The notes under the pieces: generated by a model | Told to the model about the DNA's origin: nothing | Database searches by the model: none | The model's input: only the letters and a program-made list of their open reading frames with translations | Origin: a virus | Taxonomy: Duplodnaviria > Caudoviricetes | Virus record (IMG/VR): IMGVR_UViG_3300023218_000040 | Span: 96,001 to 160,000 of that record | Direction: 5' to 3' (one strand) | Length of the DNA: 64,000 nt | Position numbers and translations under genes: made by a program | In this document: positions 30,636-38,843 of the stretch, piece after piece | Layout of the letters: every line of letters starts with the position of its first letter | How positions within the stretch are numbered: the first letter of the stretch is position 1

Positions 30636-31311
30636 CATCATCTTTCTTTCTCATCAGGAGCCATTGGCTGAAAACAACTGGCTGCAATTGAAGAAGAGGT
30701 TCCCAAGAGCAATGCGTGTCGATGGGGTAAGCCCCATAGTCGCTGCTCATAAGGCTGCTGCCCGGAAGTGTCGAACTCGGTATTTCTGGGTGGTTGATGC
30801 TGACAACGAAATTTGCTCTGGTTTCGACTTCAGCTTTCAATGGCCGAAGGATGATAATGTTCGTGATCGAGTGGCTGTCTGGAGAGCATACAATCCCATT
30901 ATTGGTTTGTCGTATGGGTATGGAGGAATAAAGCTTCTTCCCCGACTATCTGTCCTTGCTGTACCGGATAATGTGGTGGATTTCACCACGAGTATCAGTG
31001 AGCATTTCCATGTCATGGAGGAAGTAGCTTCTGTTACAAACATTGATACCTCTCCATTCGATGCCTGGAGGGCTGGCTTTCGAGAAGCAGCCAAACTGGC
31101 ATCACATACGATAGCCCGTGGGAACAATAAGGAGAATGAAGAGCGTTTGTCTGCGTGGTGCGCCGCTAAGCTCGGGAGGTATGGAAACTATTGTGCTCTC
31201 GGGGCTCGCTCTGGACGAAATCATGCATTGGATGGAGAGGATCTATCCAAAATAAACGATTGGAATTGGCTGCGGAGTAGATTTGATGAAGAATCAAAAC
31301 CTTCAATTTGA
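30628..31311 (+). CDS. Glycosyltransferase-like protein, paralog of 24231
   Basis: IIFLSHQEP, RVDGV..IVAAHK, FWVVDADN, GLSYGYGGIKL and AWRAGFREAAKL. Confidence 0.65.
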   Translation: MYDIIFLSHQEPLAENNWLQLKKRFPRAMRVDGVSPIVAAHKAAARKCRTRYFWVVDADNEICSGFDFSFQWPKDDNVRDRVAVWRAYNPIIGLSYGYGGIKLLPRLSVLAVPDNVVDFTTSISEHFHVMEEVASVTNIDTSPFDAWRAGFREAAKLASHTIARGNNKENEERLSAWCAAKLGRYGNYCALGARSGRNHALDGEDLSKINDWNWLRSRFDEESKPSI

Positions 31312-31897
31312 TTCCGAACAGTTACAGACAGCGACACATACTGCCATTCAGATGTTTGGCTGGAGCCATAACAATCAAATCGGTCTTTCCCATCGTCCTG
31401 GTAGCTCCGAAGTCTATTCATCAGAACGAGTACATGGGGAGTGCATTCGAGCCGGTTTCAAAGATGGTAAGAAAGTTTTGGAAGACCGAGAGATTTCCGA
31501 GTTCAATAGTGAGTTCCGCAACACTTACTTTTTTGACGTATGGGAAGGAATGTTTACTTGGAGTCAAATGACCTACGGATACGGTATCTGTAGGATGCGA
31601 TTGATGATGCTTCCTCCAATGTCCACAATCAGCTTTCACCGTGATTTCGAGGACCGCTTCCACGTCGCAATTCTTACCAATCCGTACGCTTTCATCCTGG
31701 AGGGAGGACAGGACTACAATATCGATGACGATGGTCGCCTTGAACCTCAGCTAGAAAGTTACCATATTCCTGATGACGGATATGTATACAAACTTGATGG
31801 GTACAAGAGGCATTGCGCCATGAATGGCCACGGGAATATGGAAAGAATCCACCTTGTGGCGTCCTTGGCTAGACCAGTCGATGAGAGCAGACGTTGA
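31286..31897 (+). CDS. Asp/Asn beta-hydroxylase (AspH/LpxO)-family Fe(II)/2OG dioxygenase #1
   Basis: RMRLMML...FHRD...FHVAI.TNP...DG.VY...RHCAMN...ERIHLV. Confidence 0.75.
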   Translation: MKNQNLQFDSEQLQTATHTAIQMFGWSHNNQIGLSHRPGSSEVYSSERVHGECIRAGFKDGKKVLEDREISEFNSEFRNTYFFDVWEGMFTWSQMTYGYGICRMRLMMLPPMSTISFHRDFEDRFHVAILTNPYAFILEGGQDYNIDDDGRLEPQLESYHIPDDGYVYKLDGYKRHCAMNGHGNMERIHLVASLARPVDESRR

Positions 31898-32453
31898 TCT
31901 TACAGCATGGTCCCATGGCCAAATAATGGCCAAGCTTTGGCTCGTCCGAAATCTGGAGCGTCTGTATCAAACTAAAGAACCTCTCAAAATTGCCATCTAC
32001 GGAGGATGGTACGGCATAACAGCTTTTCTAATTCTGAGTAGAGACAAGCTACCGATTCAGAACATCCGGTCATATGATATTGATCCGTCGTGTGAAATCA
32101 TAGCGGATAAAATCAACACCGCATGGGTATATGAGAAGTGGAAATTCAAAGCATTCACCGCTGATGTGAACCAGTTTAACTGGTACACGGAGTATGATTG
32201 GATTCCAGATCTGGTTATCAACACTTCGGCTGAACACTTTGAGGAGGACGATTGGTATTACAGTCTGTTACCTCAGACATGTATTGCAGTTCAAGCTAAC
32301 AATCAAGACAATGACTCACATACTAATCGAGTGGATACCTTGAAAGATATGGAGTCCAGGTTTCCCATGCGTGATGTTCTATACAACGGAGATCGGGTGT
32401 ATGAGTATCCGGACAAAATGTATAGGAGATTCATGAGAATCGGTTTCAAATGA
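31881..32453 (+). CDS. Class I SAM-dependent methyltransferase
   Basis: IAIYGGWYG, IRSYDIDP and LVINTSAEH. ATG 31881 preferred. Confidence 0.75.
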   Translation: MRADVDLTAWSHGQIMAKLWLVRNLERLYQTKEPLKIAIYGGWYGITAFLILSRDKLPIQNIRSYDIDPSCEIIADKINTAWVYEKWKFKAFTADVNQFNWYTEYDWIPDLVINTSAEHFEEDDWYYSLLPQTCIAVQANNQDNDSHTNRVDTLKDMESRFPMRDVLYNGDRVYEYPDKMYRRFMRIGFK

Positions 32454-33067
32454 TAGCCATCGACCTGTGTCAAACTGATGATCCGACAGCATGGAATATG
32501 TTTCATGAGTTATGGATTGAAGCAAAAACAGGCTCAGATCGTAATGCCAGGAACTATGTGAACTTGAAAATTTTGGAGCACGATGCGTTCCATGTATTGA
32601 TTGATGATAGGGCGATTGCTTTTGCTGGTGTATACAACGCTGGTATCTATCCGAACACAATAGCCCGTGTGCTGAACCGTGCATACTATGCTAGATCAGT
32701 AAGACAATCAGGACTACCAACAAACAAGGACGGACGAAGAAAAGGAGGACTCCTATCTAAGTACGTTCTTCCAATGCAAGTGGAAGTCTGCCGACGAAAC
32801 AGATCGGCTGCGTTCTTCTCAATCGAGTTCAATCGTCGCAGACGCACCATTCAGAATGTCACGTCCTGGATCAATGAGTACGACCGAACATATGAGGAGA
32901 CATGGGAAGTTCTTTCGGACATGTATTTCACATGCCCAGAGTATGAAGATTGCATCAAGGATCCGACCTGTTGGCAAAATGTATCCGTGTTGAAGTTTCA
33001 AAGGGATTTCGAGTTCCCGTTACAGAGGAAAACTAGAGATGAGTGGAGACTATACTTTAGTAACTAA
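32450..33067 (+). CDS. Hypothetical protein, possible GNAT-like fold
   Basis: AIAFAGVY...ARVLNRAYY...R..G pattern suggests an acyltransferase fold; coupled by ATGA overlap. The fold call is weak. Confidence 0.4.
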   Translation: MIAIDLCQTDDPTAWNMFHELWIEAKTGSDRNARNYVNLKILEHDAFHVLIDDRAIAFAGVYNAGIYPNTIARVLNRAYYARSVRQSGLPTNKDGRRKGGLLSKYVLPMQVEVCRRNRSAAFFSIEFNRRRRTIQNVTSWINEYDRTYEETWEVLSDMYFTCPEYEDCIKDPTCWQNVSVLKFQRDFEFPLQRKTRDEWRLYFSN

Positions 33068-33947
33068 GACCGCTCGTGCTATTGCTGACAGGGAATTCTT
33101 GGCATGGTACAACAGCGTTAATAACGTTTCATTGGCTGAAGCTAGAGCCATGTACATCCAGGATAACTTTCGTGACATGTACATTGACCGGTTCAGAAAT
33201 TGGGCAACTGGACATAGCACAAGTCCGATAATCGGTCTTGATGATTTTCCTAAAGTGGCCATCACGAATGCGATAACCCATTCCCTGGATTGCTTCGTAG
33301 CCAAGTGTCTCGGTCAAGGTCTAAATATTCGGGTCTTCCGTGGTGAATATCCGTACGTGAAAAGGCTTATGACGTTCCATGATAAGCCCCTGGTGTACTT
33401 GGATGATCAAGAAGTTCGTAGTTGTGATGCGGTGGTTCTATCGTATCCGTTTTCAGCCACCGGAGATAGACACTTCAGAACATTCGAACTGTTGAATGAA
33501 TGCTGTAAACTGAGAGTACCAGTATTCTTGGATTGTGCCTTTTGGCCTGCTTGTAGGGATGTACCTATTATCCTTGAGCACGAGTGCATCAGGCATGTAG
33601 CATTCAGCTTCAGTAAGTTGTTCCCGATGTCAGCGGTTAGGGTTGGCATCGAGTTCATGAGAGAGGACGTGCCACATCCAATGGATGTATTCAGCCTCGG
33701 TCACTACTACAACAGGCTGGGAGCGTATCTAGGTTATAAGTTGATGACACGTTTCTCACCCATGTATGTCACGAGTAGATATAGTGTAGCACAACATGCT
33801 ATTTGCAACGATTTAAAATTGATACCAAGCAAGACAGTAATCTTCGGATTGAGCCACGATTCAGTCTGGGATGAGTACTCACGTGAAGGTGTCATCAATA
33901 GACCATGCGTAACTAAAGGCATCGAGCGTTTGATGGGTGAAAAATGA
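33039..33947 (+). CDS. PLP-dependent aminotransferase/decarboxylase-like protein (fold type I, compact)
   Basis: FRGEYPY, LSYPFSATG, VFLDCAF (PLP-binding Asp) and FSFSKLF....RVG (Schiff-base Lys). Confidence 0.65.
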   Translation: MSGDYTLVTKTARAIADREFLAWYNSVNNVSLAEARAMYIQDNFRDMYIDRFRNWATGHSTSPIIGLDDFPKVAITNAITHSLDCFVAKCLGQGLNIRVFRGEYPYVKRLMTFHDKPLVYLDDQEVRSCDAVVLSYPFSATGDRHFRTFELLNECCKLRVPVFLDCAFWPACRDVPIILEHECIRHVAFSFSKLFPMSAVRVGIEFMREDVPHPMDVFSLGHYYNRLGAYLGYKLMTRFSPMYVTSRYSVAQHAICNDLKLIPSKTVIFGLSHDSVWDEYSREGVINRPCVTKGIERLMGEK

Positions 33948-34690
33948 CAGACTTGACGCAACTTTTCCCTGGAAGAGACTTGAAGAGAGAGTGGAAAGAA
34001 CGATTTGGTTCCAAGGAGTTTGATGCCCCTGTTCGTGTGCTACCTTGGATTACGGTGGACACCGCTCGTTTGCAGGATTTCTATGAGAAGTGGAAGGGAC
34101 GTGATCATTCGGTATTCGAGGATGAGGTCATTGAGTATGCCTTTGGTGGAAGGTATTGCTCACCAGATGATTACTGGCCACTTGTTATTCATCACCCCAC
34201 AGACCTAGCGGTAGAGCTTCAGAGGCAACTGGATGAAGAACGTGGGGTGTCATGGTATGAACATCAGAAAGGACTATCTACCAAGAAGAGAATCAAGTCA
34301 CTCATTGATTTGAACAAGGACTATGATCCAATCATCGATGAGCGTAACTACACTAAGTTACCTGACCGATTGAATGAGACCTACATAGGTGAGTTGCTAG
34401 GACAGTTCAAAGCTACTCCGGTTAGGGCTAGGTTTGTCAAGCTTATGCCAGACCAAGAAGTAGGTGAGCATATCGATTATAGTCCGAAGTACGCATTGAA
34501 GGCACACATACCCGTATACACACATCCAGATGCAGTGCTTGGGTTTGAAGGACATGGCGACATACATTTGGTTCCAGGACATGCTTATGTGGTGAACACG
34601 GGTATTAAGCATTGGGCTAAGAACAACAGTAGAAAACAGCGAGTTCATTTAGTGGTCTCGCTTGACGGACAAGAGGACATAACATCATGA
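33944..34690 (+). CDS. AspH-family Fe(II)/2OG dioxygenase #2
   Basis: RARFVKL...EHID...HIPV.T...G.AY..NTG..HWA.N...RVHLV. Confidence 0.78.
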   Translation: MTDLTQLFPGRDLKREWKERFGSKEFDAPVRVLPWITVDTARLQDFYEKWKGRDHSVFEDEVIEYAFGGRYCSPDDYWPLVIHHPTDLAVELQRQLDEERGVSWYEHQKGLSTKKRIKSLIDLNKDYDPIIDERNYTKLPDRLNETYIGELLGQFKATPVRARFVKLMPDQEVGEHIDYSPKYALKAHIPVYTHPDAVLGFEGHGDIHLVPGHAYVVNTGIKHWAKNNSRKQRVHLVVSLDGQEDITS

Positions 34691-35394
34691 GAAACGTGCT
34701 AGAAACAACGCAGGATCTTCCTCCTTTGGTAGAGAGACTGGATATCAAGGCTGATATCGGAAAGCTGTACGACCTTGCTAAGAAGGTCCACCTTGTGAAC
34801 TACAAGTACATACCAACGTTTCATTTTGAGAGCACACAGGAATCTCGAATCCATCTGTATGGTATTCGCAGCGGAATGCTGATCTCATCTCGTATGCAGG
34901 GCGGTGGGTATCAAGGATCCACCATGACTCTATCCGAAGAAGATGAGAAGCTGAGAATTAGAACCGAGTCCAGTCTAGAAGCGATTAAAGATTATCCAGA
35001 TCAGTACACAACAAGGACCAATATTTGCCTTGGATACGTGAATGATGTGATTGATTTCTTTCCAGAGTGCTGGAGAACTACGTTTTGGACTGAGACTCCT
35101 GTATACGGATACATTCCACATACCGACAACCCATCGGACAGTGCAGCCATCCATATCCCGTTGTACACCAATGCGTTTTGCTACATGGGCTATGAAACCC
35201 AACAGGTGTATCATCTACCAGCGGATGGTCATTGTTATTGGGTTAACACCCACATCCGCCACACTGCGTGGAATCATGGTAGCGAGCTACGCACACACCT
35301 ACGTATCAATCTACCTCGTGCTTGCTATGACAAGTACAAAAGCATGGAGAATGCGGTGATCAACTTCTCAGGCAAGTATCCAGATCCAGAATGA
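34687..35394 (+). CDS. AspH-family Fe(II)/2OG dioxygenase #3
   Basis: PHTD...IHIPLYTN...HLPADG..YWVNT...HTAWNHG...RTHL. Confidence 0.78.
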   Translation: MRNVLETTQDLPPLVERLDIKADIGKLYDLAKKVHLVNYKYIPTFHFESTQESRIHLYGIRSGMLISSRMQGGGYQGSTMTLSEEDEKLRIRTESSLEAIKDYPDQYTTRTNICLGYVNDVIDFFPECWRTTFWTETPVYGYIPHTDNPSDSAAIHIPLYTNAFCYMGYETQQVYHLPADGHCYWVNTHIRHTAWNHGSELRTHLRINLPRACYDKYKSMENAVINFSGKYPDPE

Positions 35395-36023
35395 ATATTG
35401 TACGGACAAACATCAAAGTGGACATTGATACCCTTTATCGGGAGTATCAGATCATGTTGGAATCCCACACCGAGAGATACCTTGGTATTGACACTGAGGT
35501 TCCTTCTGGTGTTGACATCGATGATACCATCTCTAAGGAAAAGTATTGCTTTCGTGGAAGCTGGGCTCATGGTACAAGGTTTCACAGCACTAGAGAACTG
35601 ACCCAGGAAGAAGAAAGAGCAGTATCCAGCAACAGCGAAGAGGGGGCTAAGATTGATCATCTTTTTACTAGACGAAATGAGAAGTGTGTTGGGTACCTAA
35701 ATGATGTATTGGACTTTCTCTCTGATGCCTGGAGAGGAAGCTGGTGGACTCTTGATCCTGGGTTTTGTTACAAGCCACATAGTGATTCGCCATACGACTC
35801 CATGAGATGCCATATTGCGCTAACCACCAATCCATTCTGTCACATGGCATATGATGATGGCGAGTGTCATCACATCCCAGCAGATGGGCATATATACTTG
35901 TCTAGAACTGACATCAAGCATACCGCATGGAACATGGGTGAGTCTTCTAGAACACACATCATGATGAAAATGCCTCTACAATCTTGGAATCGATATGCCA
36001 ACCATTCATTATATTCCATTTAG
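35391..36023 (+). CDS. AspH-family Fe(II)/2OG dioxygenase #4
   Basis: PHSD...CHIALTTNP...HIPADG...HTAWNMG...RTHI. Confidence 0.78.
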   Translation: MNIVRTNIKVDIDTLYREYQIMLESHTERYLGIDTEVPSGVDIDDTISKEKYCFRGSWAHGTRFHSTRELTQEEERAVSSNSEEGAKIDHLFTRRNEKCVGYLNDVLDFLSDAWRGSWWTLDPGFCYKPHSDSPYDSMRCHIALTTNPFCHMAYDDGECHHIPADGHIYLSRTDIKHTAWNMGESSRTHIMMKMPLQSWNRYANHSLYSI

Positions 36024-36663
36024 GTTCCATCGAAGTGCCATTACTGTCGATCTGGAAAGATTGCAGGATTGGTATCTGAAGTATGCCTTTGCTAATCCTC
36101 CCCATAGATGGAACAGAGAAGAGGACGAGTACCAGACCCACGAGACGTTTGGAGAAGGTGCATATGGTTGGCAGTTGCACGAACCAAACTTGACTGGAGC
36201 GATTCCGATCAACGAGGAGGGTACTTCTGTTGATAGTCCCATCATGTCCAAGCGTGCCACATATCGGTTTGCGGATGGTGAGACTAGAAAGGTACGTAAT
36301 CAGGATTATACAATTCGTTCTGCTGGTCTTACTGGCTATTTGGCTGAGATACTTGATCACTTCCCGGAAGCATACCGCTGCGGTATGAAGGACATGTGTC
36401 CTGGCTTTGGGTATAAGGAGCACGTGGACCCTCCCCGTGGTAATCACTATCGAATTCATATTCCGTTGTACACGAATGAGGGTTGCAAACAAGAAGTATT
36501 GGGGGAGGAGCGTCACTTCGAGGCAGACGGTCATTTGTGGTTTATGAATACCGGAGTTTTGCATCGAGCATGGAACCACGGAACTACTCGTCGTCTCCAC
36601 ATCTATTGGCAGATGCCATTAGATACATTTTGGAAGTACCACGAGAAGAGTATGCAGCTATGA
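35995..36663 (+). CDS. AspH-family Fe(II)/2OG dioxygenase #5
   Basis: EHVD...RIHIPLYTN...HFEADG..WFMNTG..HRAWNHG...RLHI. Confidence 0.78.
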   Translation: MPTIHYIPFRFHRSAITVDLERLQDWYLKYAFANPPHRWNREEDEYQTHETFGEGAYGWQLHEPNLTGAIPINEEGTSVDSPIMSKRATYRFADGETRKVRNQDYTIRSAGLTGYLAEILDHFPEAYRCGMKDMCPGFGYKEHVDPPRGNHYRIHIPLYTNEGCKQEVLGEERHFEADGHLWFMNTGVLHRAWNHGTTRRLHIYWQMPLDTFWKYHEKSMQL

Positions 36664-37310
36664 GTGGTTTGATTAAGACTAATGGGCACATTGATTTGGA
36701 TCGTCTTCGGAACTGGTACGAGGCGTTACAATACTATGAGTATCCAACTAGGAAGGATGACACAATCGACTACGCCAAAGACTACTTCGAGCCCGGAAGC
36801 AAGGGATACGGATGGGCGTTGCACGAGTTCGAGAAGCCGGATAACGTAGAACGAATTTGGTGGCGTAATCCAGATAGAAAAGATGATCCGATGATTCGCT
36901 CTAAGGGTCGGTTGTTTTTCAAAGATGGTAGCAAGGCATTCATTGGCAATGAGCACTTCACCAAACGTAGAGAAGTTTGCAATGGTTATATGGCCGACGT
37001 TCTAACTATTTTCCCAGAGGCATACCGTGGCGCTGTATGGGCGATGCATCCTGGGTTTAAGTTTGTTGAGCACATTGACTATCCACAAGAGCAAACATAT
37101 CGCTTCCATGTGGTTCTTTATACTAATCCAAATGCCATGTTCAAGCTAAGCGATGAGGTCGTGCACATGCCAGCGGACGGACATTTGTGGATGGTCAAAA
37201 CCGGTTCAGAAAAGCATACCGCTTGGAATTATGGAGAAACTGATCGAATTCACATTCATTGGCAGATGCCAATTGAGACTTGGGACAAGTATATCAGCGG
37301 ATTGACTTAA
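36660..37310 (+). CDS. AspH-family Fe(II)/2OG dioxygenase #6
   Basis: EHID...RFHVVLYTNP...HMPADG...HTAWNYG...RIHI. True start ATG 36660 (ATGA overlap), not 36483. Confidence 0.78.
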   Translation: MSGLIKTNGHIDLDRLRNWYEALQYYEYPTRKDDTIDYAKDYFEPGSKGYGWALHEFEKPDNVERIWWRNPDRKDDPMIRSKGRLFFKDGSKAFIGNEHFTKRREVCNGYMADVLTIFPEAYRGAVWAMHPGFKFVEHIDYPQEQTYRFHVVLYTNPNAMFKLSDEVVHMPADGHLWMVKTGSEKHTAWNYGETDRIHIHWQMPIETWDKYISGLT

Positions 37311-38103
37311 TCCCGTTTGCGATCTTCTTGGAAGTCTCTGGCCCAGGGTGTTGTAGATCTCTGGATACATCCACCTGAATGTCCGCTAGACTAGCTCTCA
37401 AGTAGTTATCGCTAAACGGAAAAAACTCTCGATACACTTCATCGTATGTCAGGCAGTGTGCATCGACCAGAGCCCATGCGTAGTCAGTTGAGTTTGATTT
37501 TAAGAACAGATCAACCATTGTGATATTCTTCAGTAGATTGTTTACATTGCTGGTGAAGTGAGACAGTTGCCCCTGAGCATCCATATGTGGAACGTACTTG
37601 TCTGATACTTTCACGGTCTGATCTTTCCAGTTTCTCAACCATTGGATTGGGTTACCTTCTTCGTCATAGATTTCCCGACGAGTGTGGTATGTCCAGTAGA
37701 TGAATACAAACGTTGGTTTGAAAAGAGGCACTGTACTCATGACTGTGCGTGCAATCAGATCGTTGCTGGCACCAGCAATTCCCATGTTGAATGGGACATG
37801 ACGTTCGTCATGTGCGAGATAGGGTATGGTATGCTCAACTGGTAGACCGTACCCCTGCATCACGGAGCATCCATAGTATGCCTCAGTGATTTTGTGCTTG
37901 GCTACCACGAATGGAGGAGCACGAAAGCCGTGGTGATTGAACCGATATCTGATGTCATCGGGGCCGTACGGAACTTCCTCTCCGGTTTCAATATTAAACT
38001 GATACTTCTCCTCACTGTCTCCCCTGAACCACTTCGACTCGTAGTTAGTGTATTCGGATAGATCAGGTAGCGTTGTCGGTGAGGTTATCTTGAACCCACG
38101 CAT
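37294..38103 (-). CDS. SGNH/GDSL-like protein
   Basis: YRFNHHGFR, YYGCSVMQGYGL, NMGIAGASND and DLQHPG. Confidence 0.68.
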   Translation of the reverse strand: MRGFKITSPTTLPDLSEYTNYESKWFRGDSEEKYQFNIETGEEVPYGPDDIRYRFNHHGFRAPPFVVAKHKITEAYYGCSVMQGYGLPVEHTIPYLAHDERHVPFNMGIAGASNDLIARTVMSTVPLFKPTFVFIYWTYHTRREIYDEEGNPIQWLRNWKDQTVKVSDKYVPHMDAQGQLSHFTSNVNNLLKNITMVDLFLKSNSTDYAWALVDAHCLTYDEVYREFFPFSDNYLRASLADIQVDVSRDLQHPGPETSKKIANGIKSIR

Positions 38104-38839
38104 CAAACTCTCCTAGATTAGTGATATACAAATTCTTATCAATCAGATTTCCCACCTTTTTGGGTAAACGATCACGGTCTCTTTCGTTCACATAGTTCTG
38201 CCAATCATCAAAGCCTAGCTCCGCACCAAGCATCTCGTATCGGTCCTTGTACTGAACCATATCCTCATACCATAGCAGATTATAGTCTACTCCAGGTATA
38301 TTCATTACACAACGTTTGGCTTCTTCGAGGGCACGAAAGTCGTACAGTATGATGTCACCAATTTCTTCAGTAAATTCACCGGGAGTGAATAGCTTCTCCT
38401 GTCCTTCCCTGCGAACCGTGAACCAGTTGGATATAATGGCAATTGCATAGGACAGTGCCCGTTCACGTTTATCTTTACGGTCAGTGATCACGAAGTGATA
38501 GTTATCGTAGAGGTACTGCAACCGGTCGTCATCACAATGCAGCCAGAAATAGGCTGGGAACTTGATGAAGTAAGTTTGGTCGTGATACTTCTTTAGTAAA
38601 TCCACCCGTCGATTGTATTCGAACTTCCGGTCGATTTCCATGTGCCATGCCTCGTGAGGAGACAGATGGCTGAGCCTAGTCGTTGCTACGGACCAACCGG
38701 TGTCATACACCCAATTGCGTAGCATGAAGTCTCCGAGGGCCGTGTGATAGCCGAGCTTACGATTTACGTACCGCCATAGGACAACCTGAAGCATGGTGCT
38801 CCCGGTTCTAGATCCAGAAAGGACGCAGTATCGCTTCAT
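38063..38839 (-). CDS. Sulfotransferase-like protein (Stf0/Sulfotransfer family)
   Basis: N-terminal 5'-PSB loop SGSRTGSTML, R.D..ERALS (3'-PB) and LWYEDM. ATG 38839 preferred. Confidence 0.65.
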   Translation of the reverse strand: MKRYCVLSGSRTGSTMLQVVLWRYVNRKLGYHTALGDFMLRNWVYDTGWSVATTRLSHLSPHEAWHMEIDRKFEYNRRVDLLKKYHDQTYFIKFPAYFWLHCDDDRLQYLYDNYHFVITDRKDKRERALSYAIAIISNWFTVRREGQEKLFTPGEFTEEIGDIILYDFRALEEAKRCVMNIPGVDYNLLWYEDMVQYKDRYEMLGAELGFDDWQNYVNERDRDRLPKKVGNLIDKNLYITNLGEFDAWVQDNLTDNAT

Positions 38840-38843
38840 GCAT

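Noticed and set aside
36483-36659. N-terminal extension of dioxygenase #6 in the ORF track
   Set aside because: It overlaps the previous gene out of frame; the ATGA coupling at 36660 marks the real start. The same logic was applied to track starts at 4064, 22752, 28065, 31824, 46609 and 49692.
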